Shown one piece after another: positions 38,883 to 49,641 of a stretch of 64,000 nt of DNA. The position numbers were made by a program, and so were the translations under genes. Numbering within the stretch: the first letter of the stretch is position 1; each line of letters starts with the position of its first letter. The notes below the pieces were generated by a model, which was given only the letters and a program-made list of their open reading frames with translations, did not search any database and had not been told where the DNA came from. Source of the DNA: an uncultured Alphaproteobacteria bacterium (GTDB lineage Bacteria > Pseudomonadota > Alphaproteobacteria > RF32 > CAG-239); NCBI GenBank assembly GCA_944392235.1, contig CALXVZ010000005.1, positions 3,903-67,902 of the forward strand. The letters run 5' to 3'.

Positions 38883-39926
38883 ATGAAAATAAGCAAATAC
38901 TTATTAATCATTAGTTTTATATCAATGCTATCAAAGCCGACACAAGCATTTTGGCCAGTATTAGACTTTGGAGAAATAATCCCCATTGTATCAAATGTGA
39001 CAACATCAATAGATTCCATGAATCAAGTAAAAGATCAACTAACTCAATTAAAAAATACACTAAGTTCAATCGGTGAAAATATCAAAACAATCGCTGCATT
39101 TAGCCAAGATTTAAAAAAGACTGCGGAAGATGCTGTAAATCAAGCAACGGGGAGTATGAGTTTGGTTAATAAGAACACCGGTTTAAATATAGAAATTCCC
39201 CACATAATTAATAAGAATTTAGAAGATATAGACGGTCAGTTTACAATTGCACTAAATGACATAACAACAGAAACCAATAATATCATATCTGGAAACATTG
39301 CAAAAGTAGAAACAGAAATATTAGAAGAATCAAATATGCAAATTGAAGAAGAGGAGGAAGAAGAAGAGACAAGTGAGGAAGAAGGTTTAAAAAAAAAACA
39401 AGATAAAATAATAAAAAATCTCGAAGAGTTTCAAAAAGACTGCAATCAAATAATGGTTCAAATGAATGATGTTTTGGATGCATCAATAAACACACTAAAC
39501 AGTGCAGCCAATAAAACAAAGGAAACTATGGAAAGTTTAAGAAAAACAATAACGTTGGTAGAAGATACGGATCAATCATCAAAAGATAAGATAATTAATC
39601 AGATAGAAGAATTAATACAAAAGCAAGAAAATTTATCAGATTCAGCAATTGAGGTTATAGAAGAAGCAAAAGAAAACTATAACAAGGAGTATCAAAAGAG
39701 ATTAATAGAAGGAATTGATAATTATAAGAAAGTGATTATACAATATTTCAACGGAGATGTGAGAGTTGAAGAAGTTGGAAAAGTTGGGAAAAGTTTAAAA
39801 GAAGATATTGCGAAGATAGATATAAAAGTGGATACAAAGGCTTTAGAGAATATACAAAGCCAAACAGAAGATATAAAAGCAATGATGCAAGAAATAGTAA
39901 AAGAAATAGAGGCGATGAAGAAGTAA
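38883..39926 (+). CDS. Secreted coiled-coil protein, VirB5/TrbJ-like N-terminus (array member 1)
   Basis: Signal peptide ending TQA, then FWPVLDFGEI...QVKDQL heptads; start ATG 38883 after GGGGG. Confidence 0.6.
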   Translation: MKISKYLLIISFISMLSKPTQAFWPVLDFGEIIPIVSNVTTSIDSMNQVKDQLTQLKNTLSSIGENIKTIAAFSQDLKKTAEDAVNQATGSMSLVNKNTGLNIEIPHIINKNLEDIDGQFTIALNDITTETNNIISGNIAKVETEILEESNMQIEEEEEEEETSEEEGLKKKQDKIIKNLEEFQKDCNQIMVQMNDVLDASINTLNSAANKTKETMESLRKTITLVEDTDQSSKDKIINQIEELIQKQENLSDSAIEVIEEAKENYNKEYQKRLIEGIDNYKKVIIQYFNGDVRVEEVGKVGKSLKEDIAKIDIKVDTKALENIQSQTEDIKAMMQEIVKEIEAMKK

Positions 39927-39997
39927 TATTTTATATTAATAGAATATAAATAAGTCATAGAATATATGTATGATAAAATTATGATGGAGGGCATAGA

Positions 39998-42190
39998 ATG
40001 ATAAGGAATATATTAGCAAGGTATATACTAGGGACAGCACTATGTTGTTGTAGCATTCTTATTGGCCCGAAGTCGGCTCAAGCATTTGTCTGGCCAACAA
40101 TAGATTTAGCTGAAGTAACTTCATTTGTTAACTCGATTAATACAGGATTACAACAGATAATCAGTATAAAGAGTCAGGTAGACAATGCGATAAATACAGT
40201 AAAAGTAGTAGGAGACCAAGTTTCATCGGTTATGAAATATGCTACAGATTTAAAAAACACCGTAGCAAATGTTCAAGATAAAGTTTCCAGCACAATAAGT
40301 AGCGTCGAAGACGGAATGAATGGCATAGGATATGCTATGGCAGACGTAGGCAACAAGTTAGAAGGAGAAAATAGTAAAAACCAAAAAATCTCATCAGCAA
40401 CCGCAAGTAAAGTAGAAGCTAGAGTAAGAGCTGGAGCACCGGAGTCAGAAATTCAAACAACATTAAGTGATTATAAGAACGAAATTATTTCACCAATGCT
40501 TGCCACGAACGAGATTTTTGACGACGTTAAAATAAATATAGATAGCACAACGGAGAATTCTCAAAAAGCAATAGAAATGCTGATTAGTGGTATAAATCAA
40601 AATAGTGATTTAAGGGATTATGAAAAACAAGCATTACAAGATCAAGCCACATCAATTAAAAAAGATATAAGTGGCATACAATCCAAAGCATCATATATAA
40701 TATCAAGCACAAAAGATAATTATAATCAAAAATACAGTCAACAAGTAGCAGAAGCTTTTGATAAATATAGCCAATTAATTAGTGCATACTATGCTGGGAA
40801 AATAGACCAAAATAGTTTACAAGATGCCGGTAAAGATTTTGAAAAAAATATATCAGAAGCTAATACAAACATAGATGACAGCATGGTATCCGATTTAGTA
40901 TTAGATATTCAAAAATTTGCAGATAACATACATAATTTAGAAAATAATATAATAAATAATATCAGTAATTCTAAAGGCTATTCAGATGGAAGTGAAGAAG
41001 CCAATAATAAAATCTTAGAAGAAAAGACATATGTATTTTCATTTATATCAGATAAAGAAACCGCATTATTTTCAGCAATATACCATAAGGGGAATTTTGA
41101 AATTTCAAATGAATTAAAATGTCCAAAATTTAGCGGAATGGATGAAATTGAAAGCGATATAAGCGGTTTAAGAATGTGTCTAGATAAAGCAAAAGGGGAT
41201 AAGGATACATGGGGAGATATATATAAGGAAGATTTATACAAAGATTATAAAAGAGATGGAGTATATCACCATATTGTCAAGGACTACAATATAGCCAATA
41301 TTATAGGAGTAAGCAGAGCAAAACAATTTGCTGCTACATGGGGTAATTTAGAACCAGATGAAGAAAAAGGAACACTTCAAAAACTCCAAGACATGTTAAA
41401 GAATGTAAGTAATACCAGAGAAGCCTTTGCAGCGATGGGTATGATTGATATAGAAGCACCCAAAATATGGAGTTTAATAAGAAGAATGGATGCTTTATAT
41501 CGTTCAAAAGTTGCGATGCAAGCATATGAAACGGAGCCTATTTTATATATAAATGAGAATACAGATGAAGATTTTGCTCAAGCAAAAAGAAAACTTCAAG
41601 GGATAATAATAAACGAAAGTGATTTAGACCCAAGGGAGCCAAAAATTGTTAAAGGAAAAAGACTATTTACAGATGTTTTTTTATACCTATGTTTCCCCGA
41701 TGAATTATTTGCGAAAGATATATCTGTATCCGTAGTTAACAAAAGGGAGAATGTTAAATATAAAGAAGCCGAAAAAAAACTAAAAAAGTGTTTATACAAA
41801 TATGCATTAAATGCAAATAAACAAGAAGGACAAAATGCAGAAATGCTTAAAGAGGAGTGGAGAAGAAAGCAAAAAAAAGCATACAATGAATCTGTTCTTT
41901 ACAATTTTGCAATAGCAGCGACAAATATATACAAATCAAATAGGGATAACGATGAAAAAAATATAAATTCGAAAGAAAAAAGTATAATTAGCTTACAAGA
42001 AGGTTTAATCAACAGCACCACAACAAAAGACGATTATTCTGCAGGAGCACAAATAAATTATTACGCAACACAACAAATACTAAGTATAGTGTCTTCAGAT
42101 GCACAAAATCAACAAACAGAAATATTAAAAGATTTGTCAACATTTAATTATAACTATTTTGACGATATAGATGCAGCGGAGGGAGAATAA
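39998..42190 (+). CDS. Secreted protein, VirB5/TrbJ-like N-terminus (array member 2, 730 aa)
   Basis: Signal peptide ending AQA, then FVWPTIDLAEV...LQQIISIKSQV; internal region paralogous to member 1. Confidence 0.6.
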   Translation: MIRNILARYILGTALCCCSILIGPKSAQAFVWPTIDLAEVTSFVNSINTGLQQIISIKSQVDNAINTVKVVGDQVSSVMKYATDLKNTVANVQDKVSSTISSVEDGMNGIGYAMADVGNKLEGENSKNQKISSATASKVEARVRAGAPESEIQTTLSDYKNEIISPMLATNEIFDDVKINIDSTTENSQKAIEMLISGINQNSDLRDYEKQALQDQATSIKKDISGIQSKASYIISSTKDNYNQKYSQQVAEAFDKYSQLISAYYAGKIDQNSLQDAGKDFEKNISEANTNIDDSMVSDLVLDIQKFADNIHNLENNIINNISNSKGYSDGSEEANNKILEEKTYVFSFISDKETALFSAIYHKGNFEISNELKCPKFSGMDEIESDISGLRMCLDKAKGDKDTWGDIYKEDLYKDYKRDGVYHHIVKDYNIANIIGVSRAKQFAATWGNLEPDEEKGTLQKLQDMLKNVSNTREAFAAMGMIDIEAPKIWSLIRRMDALYRSKVAMQAYETEPILYINENTDEDFAQAKRKLQGIIINESDLDPREPKIVKGKRLFTDVFLYLCFPDELFAKDISVSVVNKRENVKYKEAEKKLKKCLYKYALNANKQEGQNAEMLKEEWRRKQKKAYNESVLYNFAIAATNIYKSNRDNDEKNINSKEKSIISLQEGLINSTTTKDDYSAGAQINYYATQQILSIVSSDAQNQQTEILKDLSTFNYNYFDDIDAAEGE

Positions 42191-42192
42191 CA

Positions 42193-42909
42193 ATGATGAA
42201 AAGAATAATGATAGTCGCTGTATGCTTTAGTTTTTTGAGTATTCAAGAAGCATATGCTGTGTTTGATATAATGGCGGCAATTCAGTCGAAACTTGAGTTG
42301 TATAAAGATGTTGAAAATAAAGTGCAAGAAATGCAAAAAAAAATATCAGATATAAGAAAGAGAGCAACACAAGGATTCGAAATAGCCAGTAATTGTTTTA
42401 AAAATCCGACAAAATGTGATTTGAATGCAATAACAACATTTACCAAAGATTCAAAAAGTTTCGTTCAAAATAACATAAAAGAAATTCGCGTTATGCCTAA
42501 TAGTATTGAAAGCCAAGAACTTGTAGAGACTAAAGATGAAGAGTTAACGAATGCTGTTGACGAATCATACATATACACACGCAGAAAAGGTGAAGATATC
42601 GAAAGAACAAATAAAAACAGGAAAGACATTAATGCAGTGATTATAGATGACGTAGCGATAGCTTTTGCCAAAGGAGTCGCTACAAAACAAAGTATATATC
42701 AAGAGACAGGAGATTTGTATCAATATGATTTTAAAAATAAAAACATAGATGAAATATTACATGCCCAAAATATAGTAACTTTAGCAACCCAACAACGTTT
42801 AAATAGAATACTAGAGCTAAAGGCCTATCAAATAAGCGCTCAAGAAACAGCCGATTTAACAAGACAATCACATGATGATACGTCTGATTTAGGCAATGAA
42901 GGAGACTAG
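42193..42909 (+). CDS. Secreted VirB5/TrbJ-like protein (array member 3, 238 aa)
   Basis: Signal peptide ending AYA, then VFDIMAAI...coiled coil; size typical of VirB5. Confidence 0.6.
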   Translation: MMKRIMIVAVCFSFLSIQEAYAVFDIMAAIQSKLELYKDVENKVQEMQKKISDIRKRATQGFEIASNCFKNPTKCDLNAITTFTKDSKSFVQNNIKEIRVMPNSIESQELVETKDEELTNAVDESYIYTRRKGEDIERTNKNRKDINAVIIDDVAIAFAKGVATKQSIYQETGDLYQYDFKNKNIDEILHAQNIVTLATQQRLNRILELKAYQISAQETADLTRQSHDDTSDLGNEGD

Positions 42910-42912
42910 ACT

Positions 42913-44226
42913 ATGAAAAAAATAGGAAAAATAATTAGTATAATACTGATAACAACAGTCTTCTATACAAACCCTGCTCAAGCTTTGATGATAGATGCTG
43001 CAACATTAATTGCAAAAATAAGTGAATGGGTAAATAAAGTAAACGAAGCAACAACAAAAATATCCCAACAAGTTGCTCAAGTAAAACAAATGTCTTCACA
43101 AGGGTTTAATAAAAAGGCTCTTGCTGAATTAGCAGAAACGTATATCCAAAATTATGGGAGCTCGTTATTAGAAGCAAATAAAATGGAGGAGAATGTTGGT
43201 AGCACAAAAGATAAAAATAAAAAAGCCATAGAAGACGAACGCGATTTATATAAAGAAAATAGACAGCAATACTCTGATGAAAAAATAACAGTAGAGGAAC
43301 ACAACCTTGCAGAAGTGACAAAACTTTATCAAACAACCACGCTTGAACTAAATCGAAAGAAAATAGAAACAGAGCAAAAGAAAAAAATATATGAACAAGC
43401 GATAGGAACACCGCAGGAAGAACAAGCATATAATGAATACATGACTGTTCTAATGGAATATGAACGCTTAATGTTTGCAGAATCTGAACTTCGAAATCAG
43501 ATGAAGGGGCATAGAGATTCAATAAAAGGATTAAAGGAAGAAAAAGAGAAAATTGGCACTAACGCAGATCCTATTTATAAGAAATATCAAGAAAGAATAG
43601 ATGCATTATCAGCTAACAATACTGATGCAAATGAAGATGCATTTATAGGAACCGTAGAAGCGGAAGAAGACGACGAATGGGATAAAGAAAAAACAATGGA
43701 AAAATATGAATTGAAAGAAGAAGATTACGAAAATTTCATGAAATATTATTTCTATGATCCAAGCAATTTAGGAAATGACACAGAATATCAAACCAAAATC
43801 GATGCAGTTATCCGCAATAGAAGATATTTATTAATAAATTCAGCAGTTCATTTATTGCAAGTATCAGCAACATTAAGAAGAGAAATACCTGTTCGCACAG
43901 AAGTAATAGATGAAATGTTCCAAAATACACCTCAAGCACCGGGAGAGCTGGAAGCAATATCTTCATATAGTGCGACAAAAATAGAAAATATGAAAGCATT
44001 ATTAATGTATGCAAAATTGCAAGCAGCGAGGTTACAATATGTAGCAGCGAGAGAGTTACAAAATGTCAGCGTTGCAAAGAAAAAATCAGAAGAGGATTAT
44101 TCAACTTTTGATTTAGAAAAATACATATTAACAAAAGAATATATAGATCAAGCAATAACAGAAGCAGAAACAACTAATAAAGAATTAGAAGCGCAATTAG
44201 AGCTAAAAAATAAATACGAGAAATAA
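42913..44226 (+). CDS. Secreted VirB5/TrbJ-like coiled-coil protein (array member 4, 437 aa)
   Basis: Signal peptide ending AQA, then LMIDAATL...KISQQVAQVKQM. Confidence 0.6.
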   Translation: MKKIGKIISIILITTVFYTNPAQALMIDAATLIAKISEWVNKVNEATTKISQQVAQVKQMSSQGFNKKALAELAETYIQNYGSSLLEANKMEENVGSTKDKNKKAIEDERDLYKENRQQYSDEKITVEEHNLAEVTKLYQTTTLELNRKKIETEQKKKIYEQAIGTPQEEQAYNEYMTVLMEYERLMFAESELRNQMKGHRDSIKGLKEEKEKIGTNADPIYKKYQERIDALSANNTDANEDAFIGTVEAEEDDEWDKEKTMEKYELKEEDYENFMKYYFYDPSNLGNDTEYQTKIDAVIRNRRYLLINSAVHLLQVSATLRREIPVRTEVIDEMFQNTPQAPGELEAISSYSATKIENMKALLMYAKLQAARLQYVAARELQNVSVAKKKSEEDYSTFDLEKYILTKEYIDQAITEAETTNKELEAQLELKNKYEK

Positions 44227-44238
44227 AAGACGGAGGAT

Positions 44239-47200
44239 ATGCAAATGAAAAAAGGACTAAGATTATTACAGAGTATAGTATTAGGTGTATTAATCCTAGG
44301 CTGTAATGCATATAATGCAAAAGCATTTTTTCTAATTCCGCCAATGCCATGGGATGTGGAAATTGACATACCTGGCAATGCAAATAAGATAGTATCTAAT
44401 GCACAAGCGATTTACAGACAGCTTCAGACAATACAATCAGAGTTGAATACAAATAAACTTGAAGCGATAAAAAAAGGAATTGATTTTGCTTTAGAATTTA
44501 CTGAAAATCCAGAAGGAGAGACCAAAAAGGCTCCAGGTAAAAGCAATCCTGAGTTAAAAAATAATGAAACTTTAAAAATTACAAAGAACGGAATGGATGA
44601 AAAAGAAAACTTTGATGCATTCCACAAGTTATTTGTTGTTTATCCATTAGAAAAGCAATATAATTCGAAGCATTATAATGCCGTAAAAATGGCCTTTAAG
44701 CGTAAAGGAATTGAATATAAGCAAGATATGGTTATGGAAACATACATGACCGGAAGAATGACGGAAGATTTTTTAAGAGTAGTAGAGACAACTATAGAGA
44801 GATTAGATCGTTGTCAAAAAGGAGAAGAAAAAAATAATTGTAAATTTTTTGGAATGCAGATGTCGGATGTAAATCCAAATCAATCGGAAGAAGATCTGGA
44901 TCCTGAAAATCCGGACAATGGCGGACAGTATGCTGAGATGATGAATGCTTATATAGTAAGCGTTGTCTATGATAAATTAATGAGAATAGTAGAAGACTTA
45001 GTAGCAACAGAAACGATATTTACATCAGCAAGACAATTAGATATAATACAGCAAATAGAACAAGATAAACAAAGCTCAGCAGAAGAATATATAAATAGAG
45101 AATATCAATTTGCCTATAGTGAAAATCAAAGTTATACATATGCAAAAGGAACTCCAATAGTAGCAAAAGATTACCAACGTAGTGAAGTTTGTCAAAATGG
45201 TGGAGGAGAAAATTGTCCAGAATTAAACAAAGAGCAAGCTAAATTAAAAAATGTAGATGATTCAGCAATATTAGGGGCTCTACAACCAATAGAAGCTAAG
45301 ATAGATGAAGCTTTGCAACTACATAATTTAAAGGCAAGTTTAGGTGAATATAAATCACAGTATAGAAAGTATTTAAAAGCAAAAGAAATACATGAGAGAC
45401 TTCTAAAAGTTTTGGAAGAAAGTGATAAGAGCGTTGTTAATTTTATGAACAAATATGGTGACGGAAAAGGTGTATCAATATGGTATGGAGGAAGTAAACC
45501 AAACAAAGTAAACAACCATGAAGCAAGAGATGGTGTATCAAAAGAAGTAATAGAAGAATATCAGAAATACACAACAGATACTCTAATAGGCACATCGGGA
45601 GAATGTAGTGGATATTATGAAACATGTCCGGATGGATATAAGGCAGATACAGAAAATCCATGTAAAGAAAATCCCAATATGTTTCCATGCATAGTAGACA
45701 CAGTGACAAGCGATATGGATTCAGAAACACCGGCAATATCTTATAATCAAACAGAAATTCCTCAAGATTTTACAAATGAAGCAGAGAGGAACAAGCGTGA
45801 ATATAATGATACGGATTTCTTAAAAGATGGAACGGATGCCGACAGAATTGAAATAGAAAATAGAATAAAAGCTGAAAAAAGTTGGAGAATTGGTGCTAAT
45901 AAAATAATGGAATTAACAAATAACGGTGTATTACAATTCTCACCATGGAATGATCAGATGGATTTTCAGGCAGAATATATGCGTAATAAATACCGTAATA
46001 TCAGAATGATAATCCAAGCCATAGATAAAGGAATGATGTCATACCGCATTGCAACAGGTTTGGCAGAAGATGAAAAAAATGTTGGACCGATTGAGTTTGT
46101 ATTGCCAGCAGTAACATCATGCAAGTTGACAACAGATGCAACAGAGGACGCTTACAGAGATTTCTGTTCTGGATATTCTGGAAAAAATTGCACAGAATCT
46201 AGCGGTAAAAAGACTTGCATAGGAACAAAGATTGTTACATGTAATTCTGCAGGAGAGCCTATAACAGATACAGTTATATGTAGGGTAGAAGGAGATAATA
46301 GCACCGGTTATATAAACGGAGCAATAATATCTACAAAATGTCCAGGATACTATAAAACAAAAAAATACGACCAAAGAATAATTTCAAAAGATGGAGGTTG
46401 TCGCTTCACAAAAGCAAAAAGTGTCTATACGGTGTTGGAAACAAATGACAATTGTCCTGGAGAGTGGGATTTCAGGGTAAGCAGCCTTGTAAAGAAATAT
46501 ATGCCGGCAGTATTAGGAAGTTGGAAGAGTGATGGAAGCTATGAACAAATTTGCAAAATGAATGATTTAGACGTTCAAACAAAGCACTTGCGCAAACAAA
46601 CTTATGAAGCAGGACGAAGAGTAGCTTCCGATGATTTCCAAAACGTATTGGAAGTAAGAAAAAATGTTGAAGAGAGTTTAATAAAGCTTATTATGAATTA
46701 TGATAATGAGCAGAAGCAATTAAAAAGGGAATTAGAAAATATAATAAAAACAAGAAGTGATTTTGCAAACAAATTAAGTGATGCAACAGATGAAAAGAAT
46801 GAAGCAGTAGAATTACGTCAAGAAGCTTTAAGACGAGTATCCTCAATTACGACACAGATTGCTGAATTAGAGGCAAGAGTAAAAGCTTTGCAAGATCAAC
46901 TCAATACAACAGAAGATGAAAATACAAAAATATTATTAGAAAAAGAGATAAATTCGATTGAAAAAGGTATGAGCACTTTCACATCAGAACAGAAAAACGA
47001 AATAAAAAATCCAACAAGAGCTCAAGAAATAGGTCAAATTCCGGCATTAAAAGAGGAAAGAAATTATATTTGTTATAAAGCAAATACGAACAAGTATGAG
47101 GAATGCAAAGGATTTAATGAAAAGGAAATAACAGAAGATTTATATGCAAATAATGAAGATAATAAATTCTTCCCAATATCTGAACTAGAGGCGAATATTG

Positions 47201-49635
47201 CTAAAGCTCAGACAGAGATAGATTCTGCAGAAACAATGATGGAAACTTTGCAAGAAGATATAAACACTAAAAAAGAAGAAATAGAAAAATCGGCAGAAAC
47301 ATTTGCTAAAAAATATTTAGAAGAAGCAGAAAAAGGATATGTAGAAATAGAAGAGGCAAATAAAAAATTTGAAAATAAGCTAGAAGCTAAAGAAGACGGA
47401 TCAGAACCAGATAGAATGGAAAGTATCAAGAGAGGATATTATCCTAGTTCGACAGGATTACCGATTACAGAAGAAGATAAAAAATATGAATATGATAAAG
47501 ATAATTTAAGCTGGACAATGGCCAGAGTAATGTTCGGTGGAGGAACAGAAAATTCAGATTCATCAGTCCAGAATGAACTGCCAAAAATCGTAAAAGATAC
47601 GATGGATGATAGATGGTTTACTGGAGAGCAATGGAAATCAGATGCGGCAGCAAAATTAAAAAATGTTGGTGTAGTTAAAAATTTTGTTATAGCGGAGGGT
47701 GCTTTAGAAAAGTATGGCATATCAGATGCCACCTATACTCCTGAAACACTAGCACTTGCTCTTAAAGATGAAAGTGTAGAGCAAGCGGCCAATTTATTAG
47801 CTGGTTACATCAAAAACGCAGATGAGATTGTGGATGACGAAATAAAAGCAGCTACAGAAGAAGTCGATTATTTTAGAAAAGAATTAAAAATAACAGGAGA
47901 AGATGGGGAAGAACCAGATGCTTCAATTTATGAAAGAAATAACTATGCGAATGACAATACAGTATGCGAAGAGGATATGTCAGAACTTCCAGAAATTACC
48001 CAGAAACATTGCCAACTAATTAAAAAATTAAGTGAAGCAAAAAATAAGGAAGAATTGGAAGGTGCCGAAATTAAATTAACAGAAAGTTTTGGTATTCCGA
48101 ATCCTATTAAAACAGATGATAATTACTTTGTAGGCTTACCTGCAAGAGGAACCTATGATAATCCAATCCCAAGTTATGGCCTAGAAGTAGGTGAAATGCC
48201 TCAAATGGTAGAAGATTTAATTGATCGTAATGATGAAAATGCCGGAAGAGACTTTATGGCTCCGCATAAACCAATGGTAAATTTACCGCCACTAAGAGAG
48301 ATATTCTATTTCAGTGCCCAAGATTATGTAGATGTTCCTAAATATATAGATGCGGATAAACTAGAAAAACCATCAAAATCAACCTTGGTAGATAAAAAAT
48401 TCAAGGGAACATATAATGAGGTTGAATATTTGCCCGAAATATGGAGATACTTATTGGCAACACCAAACTTAAGAGGCGATGAATTGTATCAGCATACATT
48501 TGTTGAGAGAGCATATGATAATAGTAAATTAAAAGATATGCTTGAGAGAGGGTTAAGTAGCGATAATTATACAACAATTATATCACGAGCAGGAGTATAT
48601 CCATGTAAACTTGGCGGTGTGATTATTGATATAAAAGGCAAAAATAATGATGTCAACGCTATAAAATTTAGGAAAAGAACTGCTGGTGTTGAAAGCGGAT
48701 ATGATGTTCCAACTTGTCAAGATATTGAATTATATGGAACTGGAGTTCGTCACTTACTTGCCGACCATGATAGTATTAACGATTCTAAATCAAAAGCAAT
48801 AGAGAAAAATATTTCTACAATGAATGATGGAATGTTTAGTGAAGTAAGTGAATTAGCATTATTCCTAAACAAATCATTCCAATATAGAGGTGTATTAGGA
48901 AATATGTATAAATATCTGCTAAAGAAAGAAAATGCAGAAAATGACATTAAGCGTCAAAAAATAGATTTAGCGACATATAAGCGGAATTTAATTGGTTCAT
49001 TCTTAGATTCAGTAAATGCCGAGCATAATGCAGAAAAAACAATGAATGAAAACGAAAAAGATGTAGAAGATGCATTAAAAAGTTTATGCACACAACTTCA
49101 TAATTTTGGCGAGTCAGTAGATGGAGAAAGCTGTGAAGATAAAAATGATACAGGTTGCCCGAATAAAATTGCTGAAAGTTGTGCTATATATATTATGAAA
49201 AATGGCGGATTAGCAAGTAGTGCAGAGGATGACAATTACAACGTTGATTGTAAAAAACAAAAGAGAACATCTTACTATGATGAAATTTTCTGTAAACTTG
49301 ATGAGTTGAAAGATAACACAATTGAAGAAGCAAAATTCGGTTATAGAGAAGGCGAGGAAGAAATAAAAGGATTTGAGTCTGTAAAAAATATGACAGGTAA
49401 TGATAAAGCTCAAGAGCGTATTCAAAGAATAAATAATTATTTGGAAGCTTTTGATGCAGATAAAGAAGAGGTTTCGGTAATAACACCGGATAGCACTGCA
49501 GACAAAGTCAAAGAAGCTGTAAAAGAGGCTGAAGCAAATCAAAAAGCATCACGAGCCGCCGAAGAAGAAGGTATCAAATCCATGGACAATCAAAGTCGAG
49601 CAACGGCATACGCTCCTGTGATGAAGGAGAAATAA
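44239..49635 (+). CDS. Giant secreted Cys-rich and coiled-coil protein (array member 5, 1798 aa); candidate adhesin
   Basis: Signal peptide ending AKA, then ...EIDIPGNA...AIYRQLQTIQ; Cys clusters; long heptad stretch; no polytopic TM domain. Confidence 0.6.
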   Translation: MQMKKGLRLLQSIVLGVLILGCNAYNAKAFFLIPPMPWDVEIDIPGNANKIVSNAQAIYRQLQTIQSELNTNKLEAIKKGIDFALEFTENPEGETKKAPGKSNPELKNNETLKITKNGMDEKENFDAFHKLFVVYPLEKQYNSKHYNAVKMAFKRKGIEYKQDMVMETYMTGRMTEDFLRVVETTIERLDRCQKGEEKNNCKFFGMQMSDVNPNQSEEDLDPENPDNGGQYAEMMNAYIVSVVYDKLMRIVEDLVATETIFTSARQLDIIQQIEQDKQSSAEEYINREYQFAYSENQSYTYAKGTPIVAKDYQRSEVCQNGGGENCPELNKEQAKLKNVDDSAILGALQPIEAKIDEALQLHNLKASLGEYKSQYRKYLKAKEIHERLLKVLEESDKSVVNFMNKYGDGKGVSIWYGGSKPNKVNNHEARDGVSKEVIEEYQKYTTDTLIGTSGECSGYYETCPDGYKADTENPCKENPNMFPCIVDTVTSDMDSETPAISYNQTEIPQDFTNEAERNKREYNDTDFLKDGTDADRIEIENRIKAEKSWRIGANKIMELTNNGVLQFSPWNDQMDFQAEYMRNKYRNIRMIIQAIDKGMMSYRIATGLAEDEKNVGPIEFVLPAVTSCKLTTDATEDAYRDFCSGYSGKNCTESSGKKTCIGTKIVTCNSAGEPITDTVICRVEGDNSTGYINGAIISTKCPGYYKTKKYDQRIISKDGGCRFTKAKSVYTVLETNDNCPGEWDFRVSSLVKKYMPAVLGSWKSDGSYEQICKMNDLDVQTKHLRKQTYEAGRRVASDDFQNVLEVRKNVEESLIKLIMNYDNEQKQLKRELENIIKTRSDFANKLSDATDEKNEAVELRQEALRRVSSITTQIAELEARVKALQDQLNTTEDENTKILLEKEINSIEKGMSTFTSEQKNEIKNPTRAQEIGQIPALKEERNYICYKANTNKYEECKGFNEKEITEDLYANNEDNKFFPISELEANIAKAQTEIDSAETMMETLQEDINTKKEEIEKSAETFAKKYLEEAEKGYVEIEEANKKFENKLEAKEDGSEPDRMESIKRGYYPSSTGLPITEEDKKYEYDKDNLSWTMARVMFGGGTENSDSSVQNELPKIVKDTMDDRWFTGEQWKSDAAAKLKNVGVVKNFVIAEGALEKYGISDATYTPETLALALKDESVEQAANLLAGYIKNADEIVDDEIKAATEEVDYFRKELKITGEDGEEPDASIYERNNYANDNTVCEEDMSELPEITQKHCQLIKKLSEAKNKEELEGAEIKLTESFGIPNPIKTDDNYFVGLPARGTYDNPIPSYGLEVGEMPQMVEDLIDRNDENAGRDFMAPHKPMVNLPPLREIFYFSAQDYVDVPKYIDADKLEKPSKSTLVDKKFKGTYNEVEYLPEIWRYLLATPNLRGDELYQHTFVERAYDNSKLKDMLERGLSSDNYTTIISRAGVYPCKLGGVIIDIKGKNNDVNAIKFRKRTAGVESGYDVPTCQDIELYGTGVRHLLADHDSINDSKSKAIEKNISTMNDGMFSEVSELALFLNKSFQYRGVLGNMYKYLLKKENAENDIKRQKIDLATYKRNLIGSFLDSVNAEHNAEKTMNENEKDVEDALKSLCTQLHNFGESVDGESCEDKNDTGCPNKIAESCAIYIMKNGGLASSAEDDNYNVDCKKQKRTSYYDEIFCKLDELKDNTIEEAKFGYREGEEEIKGFESVKNMTGNDKAQERIQRINNYLEAFDADKEEVSVITPDSTADKVKEAVKEAEANQKASRAAEEEGIKSMDNQSRATAYAPVMKEK

Positions 49636-49641
49636 GGACCA

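Noticed and set aside
39389-39398. A10 tract in the first VirB5-like gene as a phase-variation switch
   Set aside because: A/T runs of 8-10 are frequent in this AT-rich, Lys-rich sequence, the frame is intact, and there is no evidence of slippage.
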